A stretch of 61,333 nt of DNA, from positions 1 through 61,333 of the forward strand of contig CAMDDQ010000004.1 of assembly GCA_945892765.1 (NCBI GenBank), read 5' to 3'. Positions 40,085 through 50,213 of this stretch are shown here, piece by piece (positions within the stretch are counted from its first letter, which is position 1; the number at the start of each line of letters is the position of its first letter). Origin of the DNA: Asaia bogorensis (GTDB lineage Bacteria > Pseudomonadota > Alphaproteobacteria > CACIAM-22H2). The notes beneath the pieces were generated by a model. That model saw nothing but the letters and a program-made list of their open reading frames with translations, searched no databases and was not told the DNA's origin. The position numbers and the translations under genes were made by a program.

Positions 40085-40621
40085 ATGACGAACCGCGTGC
40101 GATTTGGGCTCATAGCGTTGGCCTTGGCCGGCGGGATCCTTGCTGGTTGCCAATATGCCGGCGACACAGCCGCGCCGGAGATTCGGCGCGGCGAGACCAA
40201 TCCGGTGCCCTCCAATGCGCCGCGCGGATCGATGTTGGGCGAGGGTGGGCTGACCCTGTTCGGCAAGGGAGACCCCACGCAAGACCAGGGTGGCGCTCTA
40301 GGCGTCAATTCCCTGCTCTGGCGTGCCTCGCTCGATACGATTTCTTTTATGCCGCTCGCTTCGGCCGATCCCTTTGGCGGCGTGATCCTGACAGATTGGT
40401 TTTCGCCGCCGGAAACGCCGGAGGAGCGGTTCAAGCTCAATATCTTTATTCTTGGGCGACAATTGCGCGCCGACGGCGTGAAAGTCTCCGTCTTCCGCCA
40501 ACAGCGCGCCGCGGGAAATAGCTGGCTCGACGCCGCGGTGGAACCGAGAATTTCGATCGATCTTGAAAATTCCATCCTCACCCGCGCACGCCAGCTTCGT
40601 ATCGATACAGCGAGGCAATAG
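40085..40621 (+). CDS. DUF3576 family lipoprotein
   Basis: Lipobox LAGC; GVNSLLWRASLDT, DPFGGVILTDW, ILTRARQLR. Confidence 0.88.
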   Translation: MTNRVRFGLIALALAGGILAGCQYAGDTAAPEIRRGETNPVPSNAPRGSMLGEGGLTLFGKGDPTQDQGGALGVNSLLWRASLDTISFMPLASADPFGGVILTDWFSPPETPEERFKLNIFILGRQLRADGVKVSVFRQQRAAGNSWLDAAVEPRISIDLENSILTRARQLRIDTARQ

Positions 40622-40772
40622 CGGCGGGCGGAGTGCCGAATTTCGCGCATTCGTGAATCGAATCCGGCGATCCACGAGCCCCCAAATCGGTCCGCAGTCC
40701 AGAACTTGTTTTCGTCGGCGGTTGGCGGCGAGCCGGGCCTTGCGTTATAAGCCGTGAACCTCATCGGCGACG

Positions 40773-43340
40773 ATGGCAATGGCGCGATACAACTTCAGGG
40801 AAACCGAGGTCAAGTGGCAGGGCCGCTGGGAAACACGGGGGTGTTTCGCCGCGCGCGAGGCCGTCGGCCGCCCGAAATATTACGTCCTAGAGATGTTCCC
40901 CTATCCGTCGGGGCGCATTCACATGGGCCATGTCCGCAATTACACGCTGGGCGACGTGGTGGCGCGCTACAAGCGGGCGCGCGGCTTCAATGTCCTTCAC
41001 CCGATGGGCTGGGATGCATTCGGCCTTCCGGCGGAAAACGCGGCGCGCGACCAAAAAGTACATCCGGCGAAATGGACCTACGACAACATCGCGGCGATGC
41101 GCCGCGAGTTGAAAAGCATGGGCCTTTCGCTGGATTGGGCGCGCGAGATCGCCACCTGCCATCCCGGCTATTACCGCCATCAGCAGCGGATATTCATCGA
41201 TTTTCTGAAGGCGGGCCTGGCCTACCGGAAAGAAGGCTGGGTCAATTGGGACCCCGTCGATCACACCGTTCTGGCCAACGAGCAGGTCATTGACGGCCGC
41301 GGCTGGCGGTCGGGAGCACTGGTGGAAAAGCGCAAGCTGTCACAGTGGTTCTTCAAGATCACCGACCACGCCGAGGATCTGCTGAAGGCGCTCGACGGCC
41401 TTGATCGCTGGCCGGAAAAAGTCCGTCTCATGCAGCAGAACTGGATCGGCCGTTCCGAGGGTGCGCATGTCGATTTCGCGTTGCCTGGACGCGGCGAATC
41501 GCTGCGCGTTTTCACGACTCGGCCGGACACGCTGTTCGGTGCTTTTTTCCTAGCGTTGTCGCCAAATCATCCGCTGGCCGTCGCGCTCGCCGCCGCCGAT
41601 CCCGGCCTTGCGGATTTCATCGCCGAATGCAACCGGACCTCGACCAGCGAGGCGGCAATCGAAGCCCAGGAAAAGCGCGGCTTCGACACCGGATTGAAAG
41701 CCACTCATCCGTTCATCGCCGATCGCCGCCTGCCGGTCTATGTCGCGAATTTCGTCCTGATGGAATACGGTACCGGCGCCATTTTTGGCTGCCCGGCGCA
41801 TGATCAGCGCGATCTCGATTTCGCCCGCAAATACGGCTTGCCGGTTCTGCCCGTCGTCTGCCCGCGCGACGTCGACCCAACGGCGTTAGGCATCGGGGAA
41901 GAGGCGTATTTGGGTGACGGAATCGTCGTTCACTCGGAATTTCTGAACGGGCTATCGGTAGCCGCAGCGAAAGACGCGGCTATCGGCCGCCTGGTGCAAC
42001 AAGGTGCCGGTGAACGCGTCGTGATGTGGCGGTTGCGCGATTGGGGTGTTTCCCGCCAGCGTTATTGGGGATGCCCCATTCCCGTTATTCATTGCGCCGT
42101 CTGCGGCGTGGTGCCGGTACCGGAGCGGGACCTACCGGTGTTGTTGCCCGACGACGTGACCTTCGACAAACCTGGCAATCCGCTCGACCGGCACCCAAGC
42201 TGGAAACACGTTTCCTGTCCGGCCTGCGGCAAGCCGGCTCAACGCGAGACCGACACTTTCGACACCTTTGTCGATTCGGCTTGGTATTTCGCGCGATTCT
42301 GCGCGCCGCGGTCCGAGCGGCCGGTCGAACGCGACGCTGTCGATTATTGGCTGGCGGTGGATCAGTATATCGGCGGCGTGGAGCATGCCATCCTGCATCT
42401 GCTCTACGCCCGATTTTTCACGCGCGCGATGCGTCAAACCGGGCATGTGACTGTGAGCGAGCCGTTCGCCGGGCTGTTTACGCAAGGCATGGTCTGTCAT
42501 GAATCCTACCGGGACGAGGACGGCAAATGGCTGTATCCGGAGGAAGTGGACAAGCGCGGCGACGGCAGCGCCGTTCATGCCGCGACCGGGCGGCCCGTCG
42601 TCATCGGCCGCCGCGAGGTGATGAGCAAGTCGAAGAAGAACGTGGTGGCCCCGGCGAGCATCATCGATAATTTCGGCGCCGACACGGCGCGGCTTTTCAT
42701 GCTTTCCGATTCCCCGCCGGATCGAGACCTGGAATGGAGCGATTCGGGCGTGGATGGCGCCTGGCGCTATCTGAATCGCCTGTGGCGCCTGGTTGATGAG
42801 CCGCACATTCCGCTGGGGCTTGGGAGCGAATCTGCGTCGGCGCAGAATGGGCAGGCATCAACAACATTACGCGCCATCCACAAGACCATTCATTTCGTGA
42901 CCGACGATTTGGAGAAGTTTCACTTCAATCGAGCGGTTGCCCGAATCCGCGAATTGACCAATCTTTTGGCCGAAATGCCGGCGGCCGAGCCGGGTGCCGG
43001 TGGTGTTTATCGGTTCGGCGTGGAAACGGCCGTGCGCCTGATCGGCCCGATGATCCCGCATCTTGCCGCGGAGCTGTGGGAGAGGTTGAATCATGAGACG
43101 ATGCTAGTGGATGAGCCCTGGCCGGTGGCCGATCCGACGCTGGTGCTCGACGATATTTTGACCATCGCTGTCCAAGTGAACGGCAAGCTGCGCGGGACGG
43201 TAGCGCTGCCGCGCGACGTTGACGGGGCGGAGGCGCAGGCCGCCGCGCTCGCACTGCCCGCGGTGGACAAAATGCTCGACGGCAAGGCGCCACGCAAAGT
43301 CGTGGTTATCCCCAACCGGATCATCAATGTTGTCCTTTAG
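40773..43340 (+). CDS. leuS: Leucine--tRNA ligase
   Basis: [20 protein letters not shown] editing domain, MSKSKKN. Confidence 0.98.
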   Translation: MAMARYNFRETEVKWQGRWETRGCFAAREAVGRPKYYVLEMFPYPSGRIHMGHVRNYTLGDVVARYKRARGFNVLHPMGWDAFGLPAENAARDQKVHPAKWTYDNIAAMRRELKSMGLSLDWAREIATCHPGYYRHQQRIFIDFLKAGLAYRKEGWVNWDPVDHTVLANEQVIDGRGWRSGALVEKRKLSQWFFKITDHAEDLLKALDGLDRWPEKVRLMQQNWIGRSEGAHVDFALPGRGESLRVFTTRPDTLFGAFFLALSPNHPLAVALAAADPGLADFIAECNRTSTSEAAIEAQEKRGFDTGLKATHPFIADRRLPVYVANFVLMEYGTGAIFGCPAHDQRDLDFARKYGLPVLPVVCPRDVDPTALGIGEEAYLGDGIVVHSEFLNGLSVAAAKDAAIGRLVQQGAGERVVMWRLRDWGVSRQRYWGCPIPVIHCAVCGVVPVPERDLPVLLPDDVTFDKPGNPLDRHPSWKHVSCPACGKPAQRETDTFDTFVDSAWYFARFCAPRSERPVERDAVDYWLAVDQYIGGVEHAILHLLYARFFTRAMRQTGHVTVSEPFAGLFTQGMVCHESYRDEDGKWLYPEEVDKRGDGSAVHAATGRPVVIGRREVMSKSKKNVVAPASIIDNFGADTARLFMLSDSPPDRDLEWSDSGVDGAWRYLNRLWRLVDEPHIPLGLGSESASAQNGQASTTLRAIHKTIHFVTDDLEKFHFNRAVARIRELTNLLAEMPAAEPGAGGVYRFGVETAVRLIGPMIPHLAAELWERLNHETMLVDEPWPVADPTLVLDDILTIAVQVNGKLRGTVALPRDVDGAEAQAAALALPAVDKMLDGKAPRKVVVIPNRIINVVL

Positions 43341-43845
43341 GGGAGTAACCGCCTGGACTTTGGTCTGGCTGTTCATCGGACTCGCCCTTGGCGGCTGTGG
43401 TTTCGAGCCGCTCTATGGCGGGCGTGACGGCGGGGCCACGCCGGCCGAGCTAGCCCAGGTCCGTATCGACGTGATTTCGGATCGCTCCGGGCAAATTTTG
43501 CGAAATTTCCTGCTCGACCGGCTGAATCCCAATGGTCGGCCGGACCGACCGGTATTTACGCTCGAGATCAATCTGATTGAGCGCCGCGAGGATTTGTCGA
43601 TTCGGAAGGACGAAGTGGCGACCCGGGCCAATTTCGTGGTCACCGCCGAATATCGGCTTCGCGAAACCGGTGCCGGCCGCGAATTGACGCGCGGACAGGT
43701 ACGGTCCAGCAATTCCTTCAACATCGGCATTTCGGAATTCGCGACGCTGTCGGGCGAGGCCGATGCGCGCAATCGCGCACTTCGCGAAATCGGCGACGAA
43801 ATCAAGATCAGGCTGGGCATCTATTTCGACGCCCGCCGGGCGTGA
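43327..43845 (+). CDS. lptE: LPS assembly lipoprotein LptE
   Basis: [11 protein letters not shown] lipobox; between leuS and holA. Confidence 0.88.
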   Translation: MLSFRGVTAWTLVWLFIGLALGGCGFEPLYGGRDGGATPAELAQVRIDVISDRSGQILRNFLLDRLNPNGRPDRPVFTLEINLIERREDLSIRKDEVATRANFVVTAEYRLRETGAGRELTRGQVRSSNSFNIGISEFATLSGEADARNRALREIGDEIKIRLGIYFDARRA

Positions 43846-43852
43846 GAGGTTC

Positions 43853-44875
43853 ATGGAGCTGAAAGGCCAGCGTGTCGCGGCCTTTATCCGCCGGCCCGAT
43901 CCCGCGATCGGCGCGGTCTTGGTGTACGGCCCCGATGTCGGTCTTGTTCGCGAGCGGGTCGAAGCGCTCGCCCGCACGATTGTCGACGATCTTCGGGATG
44001 CCTTTAGAGTGTCCGACCTTGCCGGCGCGGCGCTGGAGAAAGATCCAGCGCGGCTGTTCGACGAGGCGGCCGCGCTGTCGATGACCGGCGGACGGCGCGT
44101 GGTGCGGGTGCGGGCGGCCGGCAATGTGCTGGCGGAATTGTTCGACCGCTTCCTGCGCGATCCTGGAGGCGATTCCCTGGTCATCGTCGAAGGCGGTGAT
44201 TTGAAGAAAGACTCCGCGCTGCGCAAGGTGTTCGAGCGCGCCGCCAATGCCGCCGCCATCGCTTGTTACGCGGATGAAGGCGAAGGACTTGTTCGCCTCG
44301 TGCGCGAGGAATTGGGGCGCGGCGGCGTGACACCGACACCCGACGCCGTGCAATGGCTGGCGGAACATCTTGGCGCCGACCGCCAACAATCCCGCGCGGA
44401 ACTCGAGAAACTGGCGCTCTATGTCGGTGCCGGCGAGGCGACCCTGGAACAAGCGATGGCCGTCGTCGGCGACAGCGCGGAGCGCGGCCAGGACGATGCG
44501 GTCATGGCGGCCGTCGACGGTGACGCCCCCGGTTTCGATCGCTGCTGGCGCGTGTTGGGCGCGGAAGGGATCTCCGAAATATCACTGCTTCGGGCGGCGC
44601 AACGCCATCTGCAACGCCTCCATCTGGCCGCCTCGTTGGTCGCCGGCGGGCGCGACGAGGAAGGCGCCATGGCGGCGCTCCGTCCGCCGGTGTTCTGGAA
44701 ACAGAAGCCGCGTTTCGAGACGCAGCTTCGTCGCTGGTCGCCGGGCGCCCTGGCCAATTGGCTCGACCGCCTTACCCAGGTCGAACTGCTGTGCAAGGTC
44801 GGCGGGGCGCCGGTGAGTCTGCTCGTCGGGCGGGCGCTCCTCGGCCTCGCCCAGGCCGGTTCCAAACGGCGGTAA
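43853..44875 (+). CDS. holA: DNA polymerase III delta subunit
   Basis: LVYGPDVGLVRER, ELEKLALY, RPPVFWK. Confidence 0.92.
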   Translation: MELKGQRVAAFIRRPDPAIGAVLVYGPDVGLVRERVEALARTIVDDLRDAFRVSDLAGAALEKDPARLFDEAAALSMTGGRRVVRVRAAGNVLAELFDRFLRDPGGDSLVIVEGGDLKKDSALRKVFERAANAAAIACYADEGEGLVRLVREELGRGGVTPTPDAVQWLAEHLGADRQQSRAELEKLALYVGAGEATLEQAMAVVGDSAERGQDDAVMAAVDGDAPGFDRCWRVLGAEGISEISLLRAAQRHLQRLHLAASLVAGGRDEEGAMAALRPPVFWKQKPRFETQLRRWSPGALANWLDRLTQVELLCKVGGAPVSLLVGRALLGLAQAGSKRR

Positions 44876-44894
44876 TCGCCCGCCGGCCGCGCCG

Positions 44895-46217
44895 TTACCG
44901 GCTCGGCAACGCGAGGTTGCCGACCGGATAGTTGGACACGATCGTACGCGCGCGGGCGTGATAGTTGGCGAGTGCGGTTTTTGCGGCTACGCGGTTGCCT
45001 GCGCGGGCCAAGTCGAGAATGGCGCTCATGTCACCGATCAACTGCGCGGAAACGACGCGAACGTCCGGCACATCGGCAGGCAACCTTCCGCCGAATTCGG
45101 CGCGAGTGTCGAAACGCCAGCCGATCCAATTCAAATCGAAATTGACGGTCTCGACGACCAACCCGATGGCCGCGAGGTCGTTGGCCTCGATTGCGTGGTC
45201 GAGCACCGAAACATAGGTCGAGACTTCCCGCATCGCGGCTTGCCGCGTGACCGGTTCATAGCTTCCTTCACCCGCGCTGACGGCATCGAGATAGGCGACG
45301 AGGTCTTCGGTCTCCTCGGGCCTCAGCTTGAGCGAAAAGACGCGATCGAAATGTTCGACGACCTCGAGAAAGCTGGTGTAGCGCCCATCGTGGAAATAGG
45401 GCGCGGTCAATCCGGCATTGATCAGCGTGGGCGTTTTGAAAAGACCGTTGGAACCGACATCGTGGCGGCGGCCATCGGCGAACAGGGACTCCGGAACGTG
45501 GCAGTTCGCGCAAGATTTTCCGTCCATGCCGGCAAACGGCTTAACGAAAAGGGCCTCGCCGCGTTTGGCCGCTGGGTCGGCCGATGAAGCAAGGCGGCCG
45601 AGCCTGTTGAGCTTCGAGTTGGGCAGAAAGTCGATTTGGTCCATATACGCGACCAGCGCGTCGAGAACGCGAGGCTCCGGTTCGGGCCCGGCGAATTCGT
45701 TGACGATGACGTGGCGCGCGAATTCGCGGAGAGAACCGATGCGCCCGTCGCGTCCATAGGGCGCGAGGAAGCGGATGCCGCGCAGGCTTGGGATGTCGAC
45801 GTGGTTGGCGACGCCGTCATCCTGAACCGGATTGAAGAAACCATTGGTGGGATCAAGTCCGCCGCGATGGGCGGAGATGCCCGGGATAAAGAATCTGGCG
45901 TTGATATCGCCTTGTCGGTGGCAGGAGTCGCAGGACAGTCCCGCTTCTTTCGCCTTTTCACCGAAGAGCGTCGGCGAACTGAACGCCGCGTTGCCAAGGG
46001 CGACCATATAGGATTGCCGCCCGCCTTCGGCTTCGCTCTTGAGAATTTGGCGCGGGCGTTCGCGGGCGTCGAGACCGAAATCCGTTCCCTTCGGCAACCC
46101 GGCGATGGTTTGGGCGCGCGCCGCCGGCGCGACGAATGCGGCCAATGCTGCGACCACCAAAAACCCAGCCACTTCCAGCCGACGGCTTCGGCACCGCGTC
46201 GCGAATGAATTCAGCAT
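44895..46217 (-). CDS. Di-haem cytochrome c peroxidase/MauG-superfamily protein
   Basis: Signal peptide; CDSCH and CANCH; PSLRG..APYGRDG; FKTPTL...APYFHDG. Confidence 0.82.
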   Translation of the reverse strand: MLNSFATRCRSRRLEVAGFLVVAALAAFVAPAARAQTIAGLPKGTDFGLDARERPRQILKSEAEGGRQSYMVALGNAAFSSPTLFGEKAKEAGLSCDSCHRQGDINARFFIPGISAHRGGLDPTNGFFNPVQDDGVANHVDIPSLRGIRFLAPYGRDGRIGSLREFARHVIVNEFAGPEPEPRVLDALVAYMDQIDFLPNSKLNRLGRLASSADPAAKRGEALFVKPFAGMDGKSCANCHVPESLFADGRRHDVGSNGLFKTPTLINAGLTAPYFHDGRYTSFLEVVEHFDRVFSLKLRPEETEDLVAYLDAVSAGEGSYEPVTRQAAMREVSTYVSVLDHAIEANDLAAIGLVVETVNFDLNWIGWRFDTRAEFGGRLPADVPDVRVVSAQLIGDMSAILDLARAGNRVAAKTALANYHARARTIVSNYPVGNLALPSR

Positions 46218-46261
46218 CGTGTCCCCGGTATGGTTCGTCGCTGGAGGATCAGGCGAACGGT

Positions 46262-46672
46262 CTAGGTCCGGCCGCCGACGGCAAACAGATATATCGCATA
46301 GAGGCCTGTCAGGATAAGGACGAGCCAAGTCAAGGACGTGCCCGCGACCCGGCCGAAACTTGCGCCGCTGGTGGAAACCAAACCTTGGGCGTGAAGCAAG
46401 CAACCAGCGAACAACGCGGCGCCCAAGACATGAACGGCAAGGCTAGGGGCGCCGACGATTTCGATGATGCCCAGAAGAACGAGCGCCATCGGGACATACT
46501 CGGCGTTGTTGGCATGTGTGCGGATGGTCTGCAACATCTCGGCATTGCCGCCATCGCCGGCAAGGATATTGAGGCGCGAGCGGGTCATCGTGACGCGGAT
46601 GGCGAGTATCGTGGCGAGAAGGCCGTTGAGCCCCGCGTAAAGCGCCGTAATAAGAGGTGCGTGCTGCATCAT
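46262..46672 (-). CDS. MAPEG family membrane protein
   Basis: ITALYAG, GDGG, IRTHANNAEYVP; four hydrophobic segments. Confidence 0.88.
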   Translation of the reverse strand: MMQHAPLITALYAGLNGLLATILAIRVTMTRSRLNILAGDGGNAEMLQTIRTHANNAEYVPMALVLLGIIEIVGAPSLAVHVLGAALFAGCLLHAQGLVSTSGASFGRVAGTSLTWLVLILTGLYAIYLFAVGGRT

Positions 46673-46905
46673 GATCCGCTCCCCAGAATAGCTGGGCCAA
46701 AGCCTAACATGAAGGCTGGCCTTCGGACGAGGGCCGCTCGGCGACCTAATCGGCGCGGCATCAATGCCGTTTCGTTTGCGCCGCGGCAAATGATATTGTC
46801 CGGCCCAGAATGGTTTCTCCCTAGGCCTGAGCGTGGCGAAAAAATCGCGCTTGTGCAGCGCAGCATTCAGGCGCCGAGGAGCCGCGGCGGCGAGCAGAGG
46901 GCGAC

Positions 46906-48828
46906 ATGAACCTTCATGTAAGGGATAAGCAACGCCAATCCGCAGCGGGCAAGCTCGCCGCGACGCCCCTTCCCGGCTTGACTCCCGAACTCGCCGCGTT
47001 GCTGGGCCGGGCGCCCAAGGTCACGACCTCGGCCAAGCGCGAAGTCTTGATCGAATTGGCCCTGGGCGGGGCCGGGAACGACACCTACGACGTTGTGTAC
47101 GAGGTTCCGGGCAAGGGCGCTGTCACTGAGGCCACGGTCGTGCGCTGCCGGAACGGCTTGGCCGTTAACTACCCCGATCCTAGAATGCGGCGGCGCGATC
47201 CCGATTGCATGGTCATCGCCGATGATGGCCCGACCGACAAGCCGCAATTCAAGGATCGCTTCGGCATCGGATTCGATGGGTTGCGCAGCGAGATTCTGGC
47301 CTGGCTAGAGCGCCAGGAATTGATTGTGTTGCCCTTCCGCGCCGGCGGAAACCTGATTGGATATGACGCCCTGCTCGTGGCTCCGGCCAATGCCGCTTTT
47401 TTCGCGGCCGCGCTCGGCGACCTGCAAGGGAAGATACCCGGCGGTGACGTGCCCGCCGATTTTTCGCCGCGAGCGGTGATCTATCTCGCGCCGCCCTTCC
47501 GCCATACGCATTGCAAGGGCGAGCAGATCGTTGTCCATAACCGGGCAAAGGGCCTGCACGAGATATTCTCTTTGAATCTCTATCCGGGCCCCAGCGCCAA
47601 GAAGGGCGTGTACGGGGTGCTGCTGTCGATCGGCGAGACCGAAGGCTGGCTGACGGCCCATGGCTCGGTCGTTCAGGTCGTCACACCCTACGACAACGTC
47701 GTCACGATCATGCACGAAGGGGCGAGCGGCAGCGGCAAGAGCGAAATGCTCGAATATCCACATCGGGAGTTCGATGGGCGCTTGCTGCTCGGGGAAAACG
47801 TGGTCACCAAGGAGCGCCGCCGCATCGTTCTTAACCAGGGGTGCGAGCTGCGTCCGGTGACCGACGACATGGCGCTCAGCCACCCGTCGTTTCAGGGACA
47901 AAGCGGCAAGCTTCAGGTTTCGGACGCCGAAGATGCATGGTTCGTGCGTGTCGACCATATCGACCATTACGGCGTCGATCCGCATCTCGAACGCCTGACC
48001 TTGCATCCACCGAAGCCGCTGATCTTCCTCAATCTCGACGCCGTCGCCAATTCGAGTTGCCTGATTTGGGATCACGTCGAGGATGCGCCCGGCAAACGTT
48101 GCCCCAATCCTCGGGTTATTCTCCCGCGCGCCGCGGTGCCCGGGATCGTCGATGGGCCGGTGGAGGTGGATGTGCGTAGCTTCGGCGTACGCGCGCCGCC
48201 CTGCACACTCGAGAATCCGACCTATGGCATTTTCGGATTGATCCATTTTCTGCCGCCATCACTGGCCTGGCTGTGGCGGCTGGTGTCGCCGCGCGGCCAC
48301 GCCAATCCCAGCATTATCGGGGGCACCGGCCTCTCCAGCGAAGGCGTCGGTTCCTACTGGCCTTTCGCGACCGGCCGGCGCGTTGACCAAGCGAATTTGC
48401 TGCTCGGTCAGATCCGCTCGACCCCGCGCACGCGCTTCCTTTTGTTCCCCAACCAGCATATTGGCGCCTGGCGCGTCGGCTTCATGGCGCAGTGGATCGG
48501 GCGTGAATACATCGCCCGCCGCGGCGGCGCCAAATTCCGGCCAGACCAGCTCGTGCCGGCGCGTTCGGCGCTGCTGGGCTACGCGCTCCGCCATATGCAG
48601 GTCGAGGGCACCGTGATCGGGCATTGGTTCCTCGAGACCAACACCCAACCCGAGGTAACGGAGGAAGGCTACGACGCCGGCGCGCTCCAGTTGGTCGATT
48701 TTTTCCGCCGCGAGTTGACGCCTTATCTCGACGAGGCCGACCTTGATCCGACCGGACGCGACATCATCCGATGCTGTCTCGAAGGCGGTGCGCTGGCCGA
48801 CTACGAAAGCCTGTTGCCCTCTGCCTAG
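46906..48828 (+). CDS. DUF4914-like protein with PEPCK-type P-loop
   Basis: MRRRDPDCMVI, NLYPGPSAKKG, HEGASGSGKSE, PVTDDM, CPNPRV; family recalled from memory. Confidence 0.75.
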   Translation: MNLHVRDKQRQSAAGKLAATPLPGLTPELAALLGRAPKVTTSAKREVLIELALGGAGNDTYDVVYEVPGKGAVTEATVVRCRNGLAVNYPDPRMRRRDPDCMVIADDGPTDKPQFKDRFGIGFDGLRSEILAWLERQELIVLPFRAGGNLIGYDALLVAPANAAFFAAALGDLQGKIPGGDVPADFSPRAVIYLAPPFRHTHCKGEQIVVHNRAKGLHEIFSLNLYPGPSAKKGVYGVLLSIGETEGWLTAHGSVVQVVTPYDNVVTIMHEGASGSGKSEMLEYPHREFDGRLLLGENVVTKERRRIVLNQGCELRPVTDDMALSHPSFQGQSGKLQVSDAEDAWFVRVDHIDHYGVDPHLERLTLHPPKPLIFLNLDAVANSSCLIWDHVEDAPGKRCPNPRVILPRAAVPGIVDGPVEVDVRSFGVRAPPCTLENPTYGIFGLIHFLPPSLAWLWRLVSPRGHANPSIIGGTGLSSEGVGSYWPFATGRRVDQANLLLGQIRSTPRTRFLLFPNQHIGAWRVGFMAQWIGREYIARRGGAKFRPDQLVPARSALLGYALRHMQVEGTVIGHWFLETNTQPEVTEEGYDAGALQLVDFFRRELTPYLDEADLDPTGRDIIRCCLEGGALADYESLLPSA

Positions 48829-48860
48829 CGTGTGGCCGCAAGAAAGGAGCGCGACGGATC

Positions 48861-49520
48861 GTGGAGTCCCGCGTGCATCCCGAACTCTGGCGCCTGGAGC
48901 CGATGAGCCGCGAATTCGGCGGCGACCGCGGCACGCCGCTTGATCGCTACTATATCGAAGGATGGCTCGCGCGAAACGCGATTGACGTGCGCGGCCGCGT
49001 GCTTGAAGTCGGCGACAACATCTACACGCGCCGCTTCGGCGGGCGTGCCGTCGCCATGAGCGATGTCGTCTATCTGAAGCCAGGCAAACCGGGCGTGACC
49101 ATTGTCGCCGATCTGCGCGATGGGCCGGCTATTCCGTCGCGGGCGTTCGACTGCGTCATCCTGACCCAAACGTTGCACTTGATCGACGATATCAAGGCGG
49201 TGTTGGCGACGGTTCATCGAGTGCTCAAGTCGGGCGGCGTATGCCTGGCATCCCTGCCGGGAATCTCACAGATCAGCAGTTACGATGCCGCGCGTTGGGG
49301 AGATCATTGGCGGTTCACACCGCATTCGGCGCGAAAATTTTTCTCCGAGGCGTTTGTGGGCGGCGTGGTATCCACGGAGTCCATGGGAAATGTGTTGAGC
49401 GCTTGCGGATTCCTTCAGGGCCTCGCCACGCACGAACTGACGCGCGTCGAACTCGACTTCAACGATGCCGACTATCCGTTGGTCATTGCCGTGCGCGCCG
49501 CAAGGAACGCCCTCGCCTAG
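48861..49520 (+). CDS. Class I SAM methyltransferase
   Basis: AAGGAG RBS then GTG; FGGDRGTPLDRYYIE, GRVLEVGD, FDCVILTQTL, WRFT. Confidence 0.8.
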   Translation: MESRVHPELWRLEPMSREFGGDRGTPLDRYYIEGWLARNAIDVRGRVLEVGDNIYTRRFGGRAVAMSDVVYLKPGKPGVTIVADLRDGPAIPSRAFDCVILTQTLHLIDDIKAVLATVHRVLKSGGVCLASLPGISQISSYDAARWGDHWRFTPHSARKFFSEAFVGGVVSTESMGNVLSACGFLQGLATHELTRVELDFNDADYPLVIAVRAARNALA

Positions 49521-49527
49521 GGCGCGG

Positions 49528-50213
49528 TCAGTCGCCGACCCTAAATCGGTTGATCCGAAGCTTTTTCAGAACCTCCGTCAATTCCCGTCCAACGCGTCCG
49601 CCTTCCTGCTTCAACTCGTTCTTGAAGACACCGCGTAGCGCGAAGACGTGAAGACCGAGCAAATCGAGGCCCTCCTCCGACCATTCCCGGCCGGGGTCGA
49701 GGAACTTGCAGACCGTGTCGGCAACTAAAGTCGCGAGCGGATAGCCGAAGGTCCCGCTTTGGCCGCGGATTTCGTGGGAAGCGTCATACATCGCTGACCG
49801 GTATGTGCGGACATTCGCAGGGTCCTTGGCCGCCGCCTCATAGGCTTCCGCAGCTTTTCAAACTCCGGTTCGATTTCGCGGATGAAACTGCCGGAATAAT
49901 GGATGACGGCGAGGTCGGCCTTGCCGAGCGCCTCCTCGATTTCGATGCCCCCGGTTGAGCCAACTTTCTGCCTAATATGTTTAGGCGGGCGAATGACCTC
50001 GGCCTTTTTTCGCGCGCGGATGGAGGCGACGGTTTGGGTGGGCTTAGGAGCGGCCTGTTGCGGATGATCTGCATCCGTGGCTGTGGCGATATCTGATAGG
50101 GCCGGTCCTGGAAACGCCGATCTGGATCGCCGCGCCAGCGGTTGTGGCCGTAGCCGCGCTGCTGCTCCAGCGCCGGCGCCGGCGCTTCGGTTTGCGGGAC
50201 TAACGCCTCGCGG
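49528..50213 (-). pseudogene. Hpt (histidine phosphotransfer)-like protein, frameshifted near 49851; start not recoverable
   Basis: KAEVIRPPKHIRQKVG...EFEKL joins by a 1-nt shift to EAYEAAA...ASHEIRGQSGTFGYPL. Confidence 0.65.
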
